Source of the DNA: Candidatus Fermentibacteraceae bacterium
GTDB taxonomy: Bacteria > Fermentibacterota > Fermentibacteria > Fermentibacterales > JCC-6
Assembly (NCBI GenBank): GCA_016936235.1
Contig: JAFGPK010000005.1
Span: 2,133-66,132 of the forward strand
Direction of reading: 5' to 3'
DNA: 64,000 nucleotides
Part shown: positions 8,874 to 19,302 of the stretch, one piece after another
Numbering within the stretch: position 1 is the first letter of the stretch
Layout of the letters: every line of letters starts with the position of its first letter
Translations under genes and position numbers: made by a program
The notes under the pieces: model-generated
What the model saw: only the letters and a program-made list of their open reading frames with translations
What the model was told of the DNA's origin: nothing
Databases searched by the model: none

Positions 8874-11425
8874 AGACGCCGATGATGAAACAGTTCCTGG
8901 ATATCAAGTCCGGGCATCCCGGAGAGATACTCCTGTTCAGGATGGGCGACTTCTACGAGACCTTCTTCGAGGACGCCGCGACGGTATCCAAGGCGCTGGG
9001 CATAACGCTGACCTCAAGGGGCGGGAGCGGTGAGGACGGCGAGCGCATACCACTTGCAGGATTCCCTTATCACGCCCTGGACGGGTACCTTTCGAAGCTG
9101 ATAAAGTCAGGCTACAGGGTAGCCATCTGCGAGCAGACCGAGGACCCGGCACTCGCCAGGGGCCTTGTCAGGCGGGAGGTGATAGAGGTCATCACCCCGG
9201 GTACGCTTGTCAGCGGAGCGGCACTGGACGAGCGCAGGACATTGCTTCTCTGCGCCGCCTTCATCAGCGGGGAGAGGGGGGGTCTCGCCTTCTGCGACAT
9301 CTCCACCGGGGAGATAGACGCCACCGAGATCGGCGCGCTCCTTGTCCCCTCAGAGATAGCCAGGAGGGATCCAACCGAGCTGCTGCTGCCTGAAGGCTCG
9401 GGAATACAGCCGCCTTCAGGCTGCGAACCCACTTTCGTGGAAAGGTGGAAGTTCGATCCCGATACCGCGGCGGGAGCCGCCGGTTCGGTGCTCTCCATCA
9501 TCACCCCGGAAGGGTTCGGGGCGGCGGCGGACAGTCCGGCGGTATCAGCCGTAGGCGCGCTGCTTGCCTACGTAAGGGACACCAAGAGGATGGACCTGGC
9601 CCATCTGTGCTTCACCGGAATGTACAGGCGCGAGGACAGCATGATAATCGACAGGGGCAGCGCCAGGTCACTGAACATCACCGAATCCTCCCAGGGGGAG
9701 GAGCACGCCATTCTCTCAAGGACCACTGACGAGACCGTCACCGCGGCGGGATCGAGGGAGTGGCGGAAATGGCTGGAATCACCGTCCAGGGACAGACGTG
9801 TCATCGAGGAGAGGTACGACGCCGTGTCGTGGCTCATCGGGCACAGGGAAGCGCTGGAGGGACTCAGAAGCCGTCTCGACGGTTCCGCTGATCTTCAGAG
9901 GCAGTCGGGGAAGCTGGGGACGCTCAGGTCATCTCCGAGGGACCTGAGAGCGGTGGCTGACACCATTTCGATGCTCCCGGAAATCGCCGGGCTCATCGAG
10001 GGCGCCGATTCCGCGCTTCTGGCGGACATCGCTTCCATGGATCTTCTGGAGGGGACCGGCAGGATGATAGACTCCGTCCTTACGGAAGACCCTCCGGCAA
10101 GGCTGGCGGATGGCGGAGTGATAAGAAAGAGCGTATCCCGCGAGCTGGACGAGTACAGGGAGATACGCTCCGGCGGTCACGACTGGATAAGGTCCAGGAG
10201 GGATGAGGAGAGGGAGCGGACGGGTATCCCGAACCTGTCCATAAACAGCAACAAGGTCTTCGGTTACTACATCGAGGTTTCCAGAAGCCACCTGGACAAG
10301 ATTCCGGAGGATTACATACGCAAGCAGACGCTGGTGAACGCTGAAAGATTCATAACGCCGCAGCTCAAGGAGATGGAGGCGCGCGTATTCCGTGCAGGCG
10401 ATGAAATAGAGAAACTGGAGAACGAGCTGTTCTGTGATCTGAGAAAGAAGGTGGCTGACGACATAGAGGGCATAAGGAATGCCGGCAGGATGCTGGCCCG
10501 TCTTGATGTTCTCTCTTCGCTGGCCGTTCTCGCCTCCAGGTGGGGTTACGTAAGACCCCTGCTGGCGGAGATGCCCGGAATCTGCATAGAGGAGGGGAGG
10601 CATCCGGTCCTTGAAATGATACTGCCCCAGGGTGAGTGCGTTCCCAACAGCATCAGGCTCGATCAGGGCAGGAGGATCCTGCTGGTCACCGGACCCAACA
10701 TGGCCGGCAAGTCCACATACCTCCGGCAGGCGGCTCTGCTGGTGGTCCTGGCGCAGGCAGGGTCCTTCGTACCTGCGGCCTCGATGACCTTTTCGCCCGT
10801 GGACAGGATATTCACCCGAATAGGCTCTTCTGATCGTATCACAAGGGGACAGTCCACCTTCCTCGTCGAGATGGCGGAGGCGGCCGCCCTGCTCAATTCC
10901 AGCACGAAGGACAGCCTGGCCATTCTTGACGAGGTGGGAAGAGGCACGAGCACTTATGACGGGCTCTCCCTGGCATGGGCCATGGTGGAGTACCTGCACG
11001 AAAGCGTCGATCACAGACCCCTGGTCCTATTCGCCACCCACTACCACGAACTCACCGCTCTCGGAAACCTTCTGCCGGCCGCGGCCAACGTGAACGTGAA
11101 GGTAAAGGACACCGGCGGGAAAGTAGTATTTCTCTACAGGATAGAGGAGGGCGGCACCGATGAGTCATATGGCATTCACGTTGCATCGATGGCCGGAGTT
11201 CCTCCAAGGGTCGTGCGCAGAGCCAGGAAGGTGCTCGTGGACCTCGAGGCGGGCAGGCACCTGATGCCCGGCGGGGGCGGCGAGGATCAGCTGGAGCTTT
11301 CCCTGGAACCCGCGGCGCCGGTGGAAGACCCCCTAGCGGACCGTTTGAGGTCCATCGACCCGGACTCCCTCACACCAAGGAGAGCGCTGGAAATACTCTA
11401 CGAGCTACGCGACAGCATAGAATAG
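8870..11425 (+). CDS. mutS: DNA mismatch repair protein MutS
   Basis: TPMMKQF, GDFYE.F, Walker A GPNMAGKST, STFLVEM, DEVGRGT, FATHYHEL; start at ATG 8870 (ATGA overlap). Confidence 0.98.
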   Translation: MKTPMMKQFLDIKSGHPGEILLFRMGDFYETFFEDAATVSKALGITLTSRGGSGEDGERIPLAGFPYHALDGYLSKLIKSGYRVAICEQTEDPALARGLVRREVIEVITPGTLVSGAALDERRTLLLCAAFISGERGGLAFCDISTGEIDATEIGALLVPSEIARRDPTELLLPEGSGIQPPSGCEPTFVERWKFDPDTAAGAAGSVLSIITPEGFGAAADSPAVSAVGALLAYVRDTKRMDLAHLCFTGMYRREDSMIIDRGSARSLNITESSQGEEHAILSRTTDETVTAAGSREWRKWLESPSRDRRVIEERYDAVSWLIGHREALEGLRSRLDGSADLQRQSGKLGTLRSSPRDLRAVADTISMLPEIAGLIEGADSALLADIASMDLLEGTGRMIDSVLTEDPPARLADGGVIRKSVSRELDEYREIRSGGHDWIRSRRDEERERTGIPNLSINSNKVFGYYIEVSRSHLDKIPEDYIRKQTLVNAERFITPQLKEMEARVFRAGDEIEKLENELFCDLRKKVADDIEGIRNAGRMLARLDVLSSLAVLASRWGYVRPLLAEMPGICIEEGRHPVLEMILPQGECVPNSIRLDQGRRILLVTGPNMAGKSTYLRQAALLVVLAQAGSFVPAASMTFSPVDRIFTRIGSSDRITRGQSTFLVEMAEAAALLNSSTKDSLAILDEVGRGTSTYDGLSLAWAMVEYLHESVDHRPLVLFATHYHELTALGNLLPAAANVNVKVKDTGGKVVFLYRIEEGGTDESYGIHVASMAGVPPRVVRRARKVLVDLEAGRHLMPGGGGEDQLELSLEPAAPVEDPLADRLRSIDPDSLTPRRALEILYELRDSIE

Positions 11426-11457
11426 GATCGCCCGTAATCGGATAAGGTGAACAGGTG

Positions 11458-11486
11458 TTTACATCATGTGAAGAAACATGTATGAT
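11458..11486 (+). promoter_or_regulatory. sigma70-type promoter with overlapping GAAC-N4-GTTT box (11449-11460)
   Basis: TTTACA-N17-TATGAT in an AT-rich intergenic patch. Confidence 0.6.
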
Positions 11487-11514
11487 ATGGCCGAAGATGA
11501 GAAAGGAGGCGGCC

Positions 11515-11865
11515 ATGAGCCATATCATGACGGAAAACGGTTTCCCGTCCCCGGCTGAGATCCTGTTCATTCACCGGCAGGCTTCGGACTCCGGAAGGTG
11601 GCAGACCGCTCCCGAGTGTCCTATTGACCAGAACTCGATGAGCGTCTTCGGTACTCTGGGCAGCAGGTACTCGGTGCTGGTTCTGGAGAGGGATCGTGTA
11701 GATCCTCGATTGGCCGGTGCTGATGGGGGCTGGATCCTCGCTGACGGATGGCGCGGCGGCGAAAGGGTCAGGTTCGATCTCCAGTGGGCCGCAGATGCAG
11801 GAGAAAACGGATGCATCGCACTGTGCGGAAGGGAGGCGTCCGGACCTTTCTGCACTTCGGCCTGA
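11515..11865 (+). CDS. hypothetical protein (116 aa)
   Basis: Strong RBS AAAGGAGG before ATG 11515, with its own promoter and a downstream terminator; no recognised domain. Confidence 0.6.
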   Translation: MSHIMTENGFPSPAEILFIHRQASDSGRWQTAPECPIDQNSMSVFGTLGSRYSVLVLERDRVDPRLAGADGGWILADGWRGGERVRFDLQWAADAGENGCIALCGREASGPFCTSA

Positions 11866-11866
11866 C

Positions 11867-11905
11867 CCCCGACGGTAGACTTCAAAAGCCCGTTGGGGTA
11901 TTTTT
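11867..11905 (+). terminator. intrinsic terminator
   Basis: Stem CCCCGACGG/CCGTTGGGG followed by TATTTTT. Confidence 0.55.
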
Positions 11906-11938
11906 CTCCGGACGGAACCCATTAACGCTATCCCGGGG

Positions 11939-12703
11939 GTGCTTCCAATAGCAGATAATCAGCATGAAGGTCTTTCCGTGATCTTCCCGGCCTTCAACGA
12001 GGAGGAGAACGTCCGCTACATGGTCGAAAGGATCATGGAAGTCCTCCATGATCTCGATATTCCCGGCGAGGTGATCATTGTGGACGACGGTTCCTCCGAT
12101 CGCACGGCGGCAGTCGCCCGGGAGATGGCCGGAACCGACGGCCGGATAAGAGTCGTGAACCATCCCGTCAATATGGGCATAGGAAGAGCGGTCTGGAGCG
12201 GGATCAGCAGCGCCACAATGCCCTGGGTCTTCTACACCGACTGCGACGGCCAGTTCGATCTCGGTGAGCTGAGTATCCTCTGGGAAATGCGAAACAGCGC
12301 TGACGTCATATCAGGGTTCAGGCGGAACAGGCAGGACCCGCTGATGCGCCTTCTTTATTCCTTCGCATACAATTCACTGGCGTACCTTCTTTTCTGGGGC
12401 GGTTTCAGGGATGTCGACGCCTCTTTCAAACTGTTCAGGAGAGACATCTTCAGCCGTTTCGACGTAAGGTCGAACTCCAGCGTGGCAGACCTGGAACTGC
12501 TCCTGTTCCCGAGGAAACTGGGAATGAGGGTCCTTCAGGTACCGGTGTCGCATTACCCCAGGAGGGCCGGAACCGTTTCATGCGAGAGCTTCAGGAACGG
12601 AATATTCGCCTGGGTCAGGATCGGCCCCGTGATCGAGATGTTCGTCCAGCTGCTCAGGCTTCGGGCCAGGGTATGGAGGGGAGATGTCCGGAGAGAGGAC
12701 TGA
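11939..12703 (+). CDS. GT2 glycosyltransferase, DPM1/GtrB-like (polyprenyl-phosphate sugar synthase)
   Basis: SVIFPAFNEE, IVDDGSSD, TDCDGQFD, GFR..RQD, DVDASFKLFRR. Confidence 0.85.
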   Translation: MLPIADNQHEGLSVIFPAFNEEENVRYMVERIMEVLHDLDIPGEVIIVDDGSSDRTAAVAREMAGTDGRIRVVNHPVNMGIGRAVWSGISSATMPWVFYTDCDGQFDLGELSILWEMRNSADVISGFRRNRQDPLMRLLYSFAYNSLAYLLFWGGFRDVDASFKLFRRDIFSRFDVRSNSSVADLELLLFPRKLGMRVLQVPVSHYPRRAGTVSCESFRNGIFAWVRIGPVIEMFVQLLRLRARVWRGDVRRED

Positions 12704-14114
12704 AGCGCTCCTGGTCACTCCGCTGCCTCCGATGGAGACAGGTCTGGCCACCTACGCCGTTCGCGTGCTGGAACATACCCGCGACAGCATCAGATGGACG
12801 GTGGCATTCCCCGGGAAGGCCGATATTCAATCGCTTCCTGAAGGGCCCTCTTACATTCCCATTGATGCCCTCGACCCGGATGATGTCCCGGAAAGAAGGA
12901 TATTCCAGCTGGGCAATTCCGTCCACTGCTTCCCGGTTCTGCAGACGCTCTACGTTCTTGGCGGTACGGTCCTCTTCCACGAGACCGTCATTCACCACAT
13001 GATCAGATACTGCTGCCTTGAACAGGGGAGGGTGGAGGATTACAGGAGGGAGCTTCGGTTCTGCTTCGGACCTGGGGCCGGCAGAGTGGAAAGGATACTG
13101 GCAGCGAAGGGGCTCCCGGATACGGAATACGACTCTCTCCTGAAGAGGTATCCTCTCATCGGCAGAGCCGTGAACGCCTCTCACAGCGCTGTATGCCTCA
13201 ATGAATACGCCGCAGGGTCCATACGGGGCTGCTATCCCCCGGGAGCCGTCATCACGGTGGGCCATCCCCTGAGCCCTGTCCCGGAACTTGCGGAGATCAG
13301 GAAACCATTTCCCGTGTGCCTTGGAATGGTGGGAAGCTTCCATCCCGGCAGGAACCTGCCCGATGTCCTCAGGGCCATGGAGATCATCCGATGCCGGGAA
13401 CCGAATGCCGGTTTGCTGCTGATAGGCGGGGGCTACCCTGAGGACCTTCCTCCATGGGCCATGGCGACAGGCAGGGTCCCGGAAAGGGAATACCAGAGCT
13501 GGATAAGGGTCCTGGACTGCGTCCTGGACCTGAGGCATCCCACCTGCGGCGAGACCTCCGGAAGCCTGCTGGAAGCCATGAGGGCTGGAATACCTCCCAT
13601 AGTATCAGCGTCGGGGGCTTTCATCAACCTCCCATCCGATGCGGTGATAAGGATATCTCCTGACAACATTGTTCAGGCCCTTCCGGCGGCTTTCGATATC
13701 CTGAGACGGGATGACCGGCTGCGTACCCTGATAGGCAGGGGGGCGGCGGACCATGCGAATGCGACGGGTTCAGTGGAGAGACTGGAAAGGGACTGGGAGA
13801 GGGTGATTGAACTGGCGGGAACATTCTCACGGGCCATCGTGGCGGAGAGATCTCCCGTTTCCATGGCGCCCGCATGGGTTGACCCGCCTCAGGGTTTCGA
13901 GAGGGACCTGTTCACAGGTCCTGTAACATGGAAGTTCAGCGATGGTTCGATCCTCACCGGCCCCGCCGGTTGTTCCGGCGGTTTCCTGACAGCCTGGGGC
14001 GGAGGTTCGGTGAACGGCGTCCGGCTTCCGGACCAGCCCGCTGTAATCGCCTTCGAAGGGGAGGAGCTTCTGTTCAACGGCAGCGGAAGGATCTCGGATG
14101 TATTCTGGAAATAG
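12684..14114 (+). CDS. glycosyltransferase (GT4-like, GT-B fold)
   Basis: VTPLPP.ETGLATY, FQLGNS, LR.PT.GETSGSLLEAM.AG.P. Confidence 0.75.
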   Translation: MSGERTEALLVTPLPPMETGLATYAVRVLEHTRDSIRWTVAFPGKADIQSLPEGPSYIPIDALDPDDVPERRIFQLGNSVHCFPVLQTLYVLGGTVLFHETVIHHMIRYCCLEQGRVEDYRRELRFCFGPGAGRVERILAAKGLPDTEYDSLLKRYPLIGRAVNASHSAVCLNEYAAGSIRGCYPPGAVITVGHPLSPVPELAEIRKPFPVCLGMVGSFHPGRNLPDVLRAMEIIRCREPNAGLLLIGGGYPEDLPPWAMATGRVPEREYQSWIRVLDCVLDLRHPTCGETSGSLLEAMRAGIPPIVSASGAFINLPSDAVIRISPDNIVQALPAAFDILRRDDRLRTLIGRGAADHANATGSVERLERDWERVIELAGTFSRAIVAERSPVSMAPAWVDPPQGFERDLFTGPVTWKFSDGSILTGPAGCSGGFLTAWGGGSVNGVRLPDQPAVIAFEGEELLFNGSGRISDVFWK

Positions 14115-15684
14115 GTCCGGCGGTTCCGGCAACGGCTTGTTCGCCGCAGCCTCGGTGGCATCGGTCCTGCTGCTGATGATGCCCTACATTATCATGTTCT
14201 CTTCGGGCACTTCCGGCCTGGTGGGTCTGCCCGCCGAAGACCCTGCGGTCGAGGGTGACGGTGATCCCTACGAGCACGCATGGCATTTCTGGTGGGTTTC
14301 CCGAGCCCTGGCCGGCGGGCAAGACCCGAGGTTCTGCCCGTTGATCTACGCCCCGGATGGAGCCTCCCTGGTCTACGACCATGTCGGATGGTTCGATACG
14401 CTGGTATTCGGTTTGACAGGGCTGGGACGGGAGTATCCGGGGCTCTCACACAGCCTTTCCCTCCTGATGGGTACACTCCTGACGGGCATCTTCGGCTGGC
14501 TCCTGGCAAGGTCATGGGGCGCGGAGAGGTACGCGGCGCTGTTCACGGCCCTTGCCCTCGCATGGATGCCCGCAAGAACGGCGCACCTGCTGCAGCACTA
14601 CCAGGTAGCCGGCTGCTGGGCCCTTCCCGGAGCTCTCTGGGCTGCTGCCCTTTATCTTAGGAAGGGCGGGGGGGCGGCCCTGGCAGCCTTCGCTGCCTTC
14701 ACCCTGGCCGGAGGTCTGGAAAGTCCCTTCATCTCACTGTTCATCCTGGCCTGTCTCCCCGCCGCCTGTTTTCTCCTCGGGGGCAGCTGGAAGAGAACCG
14801 GGATACTGTCGCTCTCATGGGCTGTTCCCACGCTGGCCCTTGGCATTCTGGCCGCGTCTTCCCCGGGCGATTCGGGATCGCTGGAGCCGGAATGGAGGGA
14901 AGCCGTCTACTGGGCTGCGGAACCCCAGTCATTCCTTCTGCCGTCGCCCTTCGGGACCGCGGGGTCCCTGGCGCGGATGCCGTCGCGAATGTCTTGGATG
15001 TCCAACACCTTCGAGGGTGTCGTGACTCCGGGTCTCGTTCTTCTGTTGCTTTTCGGGCTCTACTCGTTCCGGAAGAAGAGCATGAGGATGGCGCTGGTTG
15101 TCGGGGTTTTCTGGCTGCTTGCCCTGGGACCCGAGCTGAGGTTTCTCGGCAGGCCGCTGGGAATACCGCTCCCGTTCAGGATATTTCAGCTCCTGCCTGT
15201 GCTGGGCGGGATCAGGGCTCCATCCAGGTTCGCCATTCCCGGGGGTCTGTTCGTGGCGCTGGCGGCGGGAATGGCGGTCTCGGGGCTGAAGGGTCGATGG
15301 AAGTACGCTGCATTCGCTCTTCTGCTGATGGAACTTGCCCTGCCTTCCCTCCCGACCCTCCGTGACCGCATACCCGCCGAATGCAGTGAAGTCCCGGCCG
15401 GATCCACAGTGCTGGAACTGCCGGTGGACAGGAACATCAGGATGTATTCATGGTTCCAGACCGGAGGGGATTACTCGAGACGGTACGCTTTCATGGCTCG
15501 ACTTCCGGATTTCGAGGATACCGGTCCTGTCCCTGAAGGCGCGATGGAGCCGGTAGACGTGCTCATGTACCACAGATGGCTCTACAGCCCCGTGCAGCGG
15601 GCGCTGCACGACGCGGAACTCGCGGAGTTCTTTCCTGAGGGTACAGGCTCCGACTCCGTATGGGTGGCGGAGGCAGACGAATGA
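14098..15684 (+). CDS. multi-pass membrane protein, YfhO/GT-C-like
   Basis: GD..EHAWHFWW after the first helix, about 11 TM segments, LALGP, IRAPSRF, TVLELP. Confidence 0.65.
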   Translation: MYSGNRSGGSGNGLFAAASVASVLLLMMPYIIMFSSGTSGLVGLPAEDPAVEGDGDPYEHAWHFWWVSRALAGGQDPRFCPLIYAPDGASLVYDHVGWFDTLVFGLTGLGREYPGLSHSLSLLMGTLLTGIFGWLLARSWGAERYAALFTALALAWMPARTAHLLQHYQVAGCWALPGALWAAALYLRKGGGAALAAFAAFTLAGGLESPFISLFILACLPAACFLLGGSWKRTGILSLSWAVPTLALGILAASSPGDSGSLEPEWREAVYWAAEPQSFLLPSPFGTAGSLARMPSRMSWMSNTFEGVVTPGLVLLLLFGLYSFRKKSMRMALVVGVFWLLALGPELRFLGRPLGIPLPFRIFQLLPVLGGIRAPSRFAIPGGLFVALAAGMAVSGLKGRWKYAAFALLLMELALPSLPTLRDRIPAECSEVPAGSTVLELPVDRNIRMYSWFQTGGDYSRRYAFMARLPDFEDTGPVPEGAMEPVDVLMYHRWLYSPVQRALHDAELAEFFPEGTGSDSVWVAEADE

Positions 15685-16808
15685 GCGAGATCAGGGTCGC
15701 CTTCGACCTGAGTTCCGTGCCACACGCCCTCGGAGGCGTCTCCAGGTACCTTCTTTCCCTGGCTGAAGCACTGGTGACAGCCGCGCCTGAACGGGGGATA
15801 GAACCGGTGCTGGTAGACGTTGAAGCTGCCCATCCCGGAGTGCCGGGACCCGGAGCAATGTGCAGAGTCGTGCCGACTCCTTTATACATGGAAATACCGC
15901 TGCTGCGCCGCATACCCATCAGACGCGGCTGGGAAGAGTCTTCAAGGGCCGGCAGGATCGGCAGGCGAACAGGCTGGCCCCGGGTATACCATCACAGCGG
16001 TGTTCAGCCATTCAACCCGCCGGGATCTGTCTCGGTGGTCACCGTATACGACTTCTCCGCCCTGGATCATCCCGAGTGGCACACCCGGGACACTGTTTCC
16101 TACGCCGGAGTCGAGGAGGAGATGCTCAGATCGGGTTCCTATGCCGCGGCCATATCCTCATGGACCGGGCACAGCCTTTCGGGAAGACTGGGCATCCCCG
16201 AGGAAATGGTATACGCAGCAGGGGGTGCGGCCGACGACGATTTCTCACCCGGTGATCCTTCGCCGGAAATCATGGAAGAGTACGGTCTCGAACCCTTCGG
16301 GTATCTGCTTCATGTCGGGAATTTCGTTCCCCGCAAGAACATCCCTTTCCTTGTGGACGTATACCGCGAATCCAGAAAAGAGGGGATGGATGTTACACTG
16401 GTGCTGGTCACCGAAGGCGGATGGGGAGGCGTCACGGTCGCCGAGGGCGACGGAGTCCGGATACTGCACAGGGTGCCGGATGTTCACATGCCACACCTCT
16501 ACCGGGGTGCAAGGGCCCTTCTGATGCCCAGCGAGTATGAAGGGCTGGGCCTTCCGGTACTCGAGGCTTTCGCTTGCGGGACACCGGTTATATCGAGCGA
16601 TTCAGCCGCTCTGAAGGAGACGGTGGGCCAGAACGGGGCACTGATCCCTGCGGGTGACGGAAGAGCCTGGCTCAGCCAGCTGAAGTCTCTTTCGGATCCG
16701 GCCAGGATCGAGGTGCTGAGGCGCATGTCGGCCTCGGCCCATAGACGTCGGTGGTCCGATGTGGCGGAGGGTCTCTGCGATTTCTACCGGAAGATAGCCG
16801 GTCGATGA
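15681..16808 (+). CDS. GT4 glycosyltransferase (MtfB/WbdB-like)
   Basis: GGVSRY, VTVYD, VGNFVPRKN, PSEYEGLGLPVLEAFACG. Confidence 0.9.
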   Translation: MSEIRVAFDLSSVPHALGGVSRYLLSLAEALVTAAPERGIEPVLVDVEAAHPGVPGPGAMCRVVPTPLYMEIPLLRRIPIRRGWEESSRAGRIGRRTGWPRVYHHSGVQPFNPPGSVSVVTVYDFSALDHPEWHTRDTVSYAGVEEEMLRSGSYAAAISSWTGHSLSGRLGIPEEMVYAAGGAADDDFSPGDPSPEIMEEYGLEPFGYLLHVGNFVPRKNIPFLVDVYRESRKEGMDVTLVLVTEGGWGGVTVAEGDGVRILHRVPDVHMPHLYRGARALLMPSEYEGLGLPVLEAFACGTPVISSDSAALKETVGQNGALIPAGDGRAWLSQLKSLSDPARIEVLRRMSASAHRRRWSDVAEGLCDFYRKIAGR

Positions 16809-18049
16809 GAATACTCCACCTCGTCCACAGGTCATGGCCGTTCCACGGCGGAGCCGAGCGGTACGTGATGGAGCACGCAGCGGCGGGTCTGGAGAGAGGA
16901 CACAGCTCCGTGATCTGCACCACGGACGCCTGGGACATGTCATGGCTGGTCTCGAGGTCGGGACTGCACATCCGGAGGAGAAGGGACATCCACCGGGGTG
17001 TGGACATCATCCGTTTCCCGGTGGCACATCCGCCTTTCCAGAACGTTCTCAGGGGATTGTCCCGGAGGTTCCGTCAATGCGGAAAGGACCGTTTCTTCTA
17101 TCCCAACCCTTTCATACCTGAACTTGGAAAATGGCTTTCAGCTGACCGTGGCTTCGATCTCGTGCACGCGAACGCCATGCCCTTCATGCTCTATCACGGT
17201 TGGGCCTACTGCAGGAGGCGAGGCTGCCGTCTTGTCTCCGTCCCCCACGCCAACGTGGGAGAGAGGTTCAGGAGAGTCGATGGAATGGACTACTTCGGAG
17301 GATGCCAGGAGAGAATCCTCAAGGAGAGCGCCTTCGTCTCTGCCCAGAGCAGTTTCGAGAGGGGGCTCTACCTGGACTTGGGCATCCCGCAGGAAAGGAT
17401 CCATCTCTCGGGAAGCGGGATAGACCCTGAGGAGTTCCGCAGAGCCGACGGGAACGCAGCACGGATCCGCCTCGGACTCGAAGGTCCGCTGATCCTCAGC
17501 CTCACGGCCCATTCCAGCCAGCGGGGAGTCAAGGACATGCTTGAAGCCTTCCGCGCCATTACCCTGAGGGGCGTGGATGCGACCCTCGTCCTGGCCGGCC
17601 CCGTACTGCCGGACGCAATGGAGCACCTCAGGCTGCTGGTTCCCGGAGACCCTCTGCTGAGAGACAGGGTCACGGTCACAGGCTACGTGAGTAAGGAGGA
17701 CAGGATAGACCTGCTTCAGGCGGCTGATGTGGTAATGCTTCCATCCAGGCTGGACTGTTTCGGAATAGTGCTGCTCGAGGCATGGATGCTGAAGAAGCCC
17801 GTGATAGGATGCTGGTCGGGAGTGATGCCCGATATCATAGATGACGGCGGGAACGGTTTCCTCGTGCCCTTCGGCGACCCGGTGACCCTTGCCCACAGAA
17901 TTGAGCTTCTCATGAGGGTTCCCTCCCTGGGAGCTTCCATGGGAGAGTCGGGGCAAAGGCTCGTGCTGGGGAACTGGACCTGGGACAGGGTGACCGACCG
18001 GTTCTACAGACGGCTCGCGCAGTGCTTCGCGGGAAGGCATGCGGAATGA
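16805..18049 (+). CDS. GT4 glycosyltransferase
   Basis: MRILHL..GGAER, PSRLDCFGIVLLEAW...PVI, G.LVPFGD. Confidence 0.9.
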   Translation: MRILHLVHRSWPFHGGAERYVMEHAAAGLERGHSSVICTTDAWDMSWLVSRSGLHIRRRRDIHRGVDIIRFPVAHPPFQNVLRGLSRRFRQCGKDRFFYPNPFIPELGKWLSADRGFDLVHANAMPFMLYHGWAYCRRRGCRLVSVPHANVGERFRRVDGMDYFGGCQERILKESAFVSAQSSFERGLYLDLGIPQERIHLSGSGIDPEEFRRADGNAARIRLGLEGPLILSLTAHSSQRGVKDMLEAFRAITLRGVDATLVLAGPVLPDAMEHLRLLVPGDPLLRDRVTVTGYVSKEDRIDLLQAADVVMLPSRLDCFGIVLLEAWMLKKPVIGCWSGVMPDIIDDGGNGFLVPFGDPVTLAHRIELLMRVPSLGASMGESGQRLVLGNWTWDRVTDRFYRRLAQCFAGRHAE

Positions 18050-19302
18050 TCCCTCGAATGACCGCCTCGGTGGTTACCTGGAACTCGGAGAGGCTTGTGC
18101 CCTCTCTGGCTGACACTCTCAATGCACTTCTGCCTATCTGCAGGGTAATCGTATCGGACAATGCCTCCACCGACGGGACTGCTGATCTCCTGAAGAGAGA
18201 GGTGCCGGGAGCAAGAGTGATGGTGAATCCACGCAACGGAGGGTTCGGATACGGCAACAACAGAGTACTGGAGGTCTGTGACACGGAATTCCTGCTTCTG
18301 CTCAATTCAGATGCCTCAATAAGCAGGGAATCCCTCGAGATGCTCCTGGAGACTCTCCTGGAAGACCCCGGGCTTTCCGGGATCCAGCCCCTGATAAGGC
18401 TGTGGGGCTGGCCATCGATAACTCTCAGCGCCGGATGCTCCATGAACGAGCACGGATTCGGCTACGACATGGATTTCATGCATTTCCAGTCCCTGCCTGA
18501 TCCCGTACCGAGGGAAGTCCCCTGCCTCACCGCGGCCCTTTCGCTTTACAGGACGGACGCTGTGAGGAGGGCTGGAGGTTTCGACGAGAGAATGTTCATG
18601 TATTTCGAGGATATCGACCTGTCCCTGCGACTCCGATCCCTGGGCGGCGGTCTGCTTTTCCAGCCCGGGGCTGAAGCGGAGCACATGACGGGGGCTTCCA
18701 GCGGCAGGAGTGCGGCGGACAGGTGGGAGCTGCGTTCTGCGGCGTATCTGGCGAGAAAGTACCTGGGAGGTTCCGGATGCAGGCTTCCCCGCTACTGGAC
18801 GGAGAGGGAATGGAGGACAAGGATCCACGCCATGCTTCACGGGTTGCCCTGGTTCTGGAGACCGGGGGCAGTCGCGCAGGCTGTGAGAACGCCCGTTGAT
18901 CCCGTAGCGCTTTCCGGCGAGCTGCTTTCATGGGTCCTTGCCCCGAGGCCGCTTCGTATGCCCCGGCCGAGACCTCCGGACGGTTCAGAGGCCCGGCTGC
19001 CCGGCGACGGTCAGGTCCGGCCGGGTCCGGGATGGCGCGACGGAAGAACGGGGCCCTGGGGTTTCGGGTGCCTTAAGGTGCCTTCCGGCAGGGGAAGACT
19101 CCACCTGAGGATAGTCTCGTGCGATATTCCGGGTTCCGTAGCCCTCTGGTCCGGAAACCGATTCCTCTGCCGGACATTTGTCGGCGGCGGGGCTGCGGGA
19201 TTGACGGCGGAGCTTCCCGAAGGAGAGGAAAGTGCCTATCTTGTTCCCGACAGACCCGAGCAGACACTTGAACTGGAGAATGTACATTACGAACTCTTAT
19301 AG
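18046..19302 (+). CDS. GT2 glycosyltransferase (WbbL-like) with C-terminal extension
   Basis: VVTWNS, DNASTDG, NGGFGYGNN, LLLNSD, GGFDE.MFMYFEDIDL. Confidence 0.88.
   Translation: MIPRMTASVVTWNSERLVPSLADTLNALLPICRVIVSDNASTDGTADLLKREVPGARVMVNPRNGGFGYGNNRVLEVCDTEFLLLLNSDASISRESLEMLLETLLEDPGLSGIQPLIRLWGWPSITLSAGCSMNEHGFGYDMDFMHFQSLPDPVPREVPCLTAALSLYRTDAVRRAGGFDERMFMYFEDIDLSLRLRSLGGGLLFQPGAEAEHMTGASSGRSAADRWELRSAAYLARKYLGGSGCRLPRYWTEREWRTRIHAMLHGLPWFWRPGAVAQAVRTPVDPVALSGELLSWVLAPRPLRMPRPRPPDGSEARLPGDGQVRPGPGWRDGRTGPWGFGCLKVPSGRGRLHLRIVSCDIPGSVALWSGNRFLCRTFVGGGAAGLTAELPEGEESAYLVPDRPEQTLELENVHYELL

Noticed and set aside
9929-11014. Long antisense ORFs (also 42220..43503, 34689..35780, 17138..18040, 45803..46636)
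   Set aside because: They are shadow frames of well-supported genes, expected from GC-rich codon bias, and carry no recognisable motifs.
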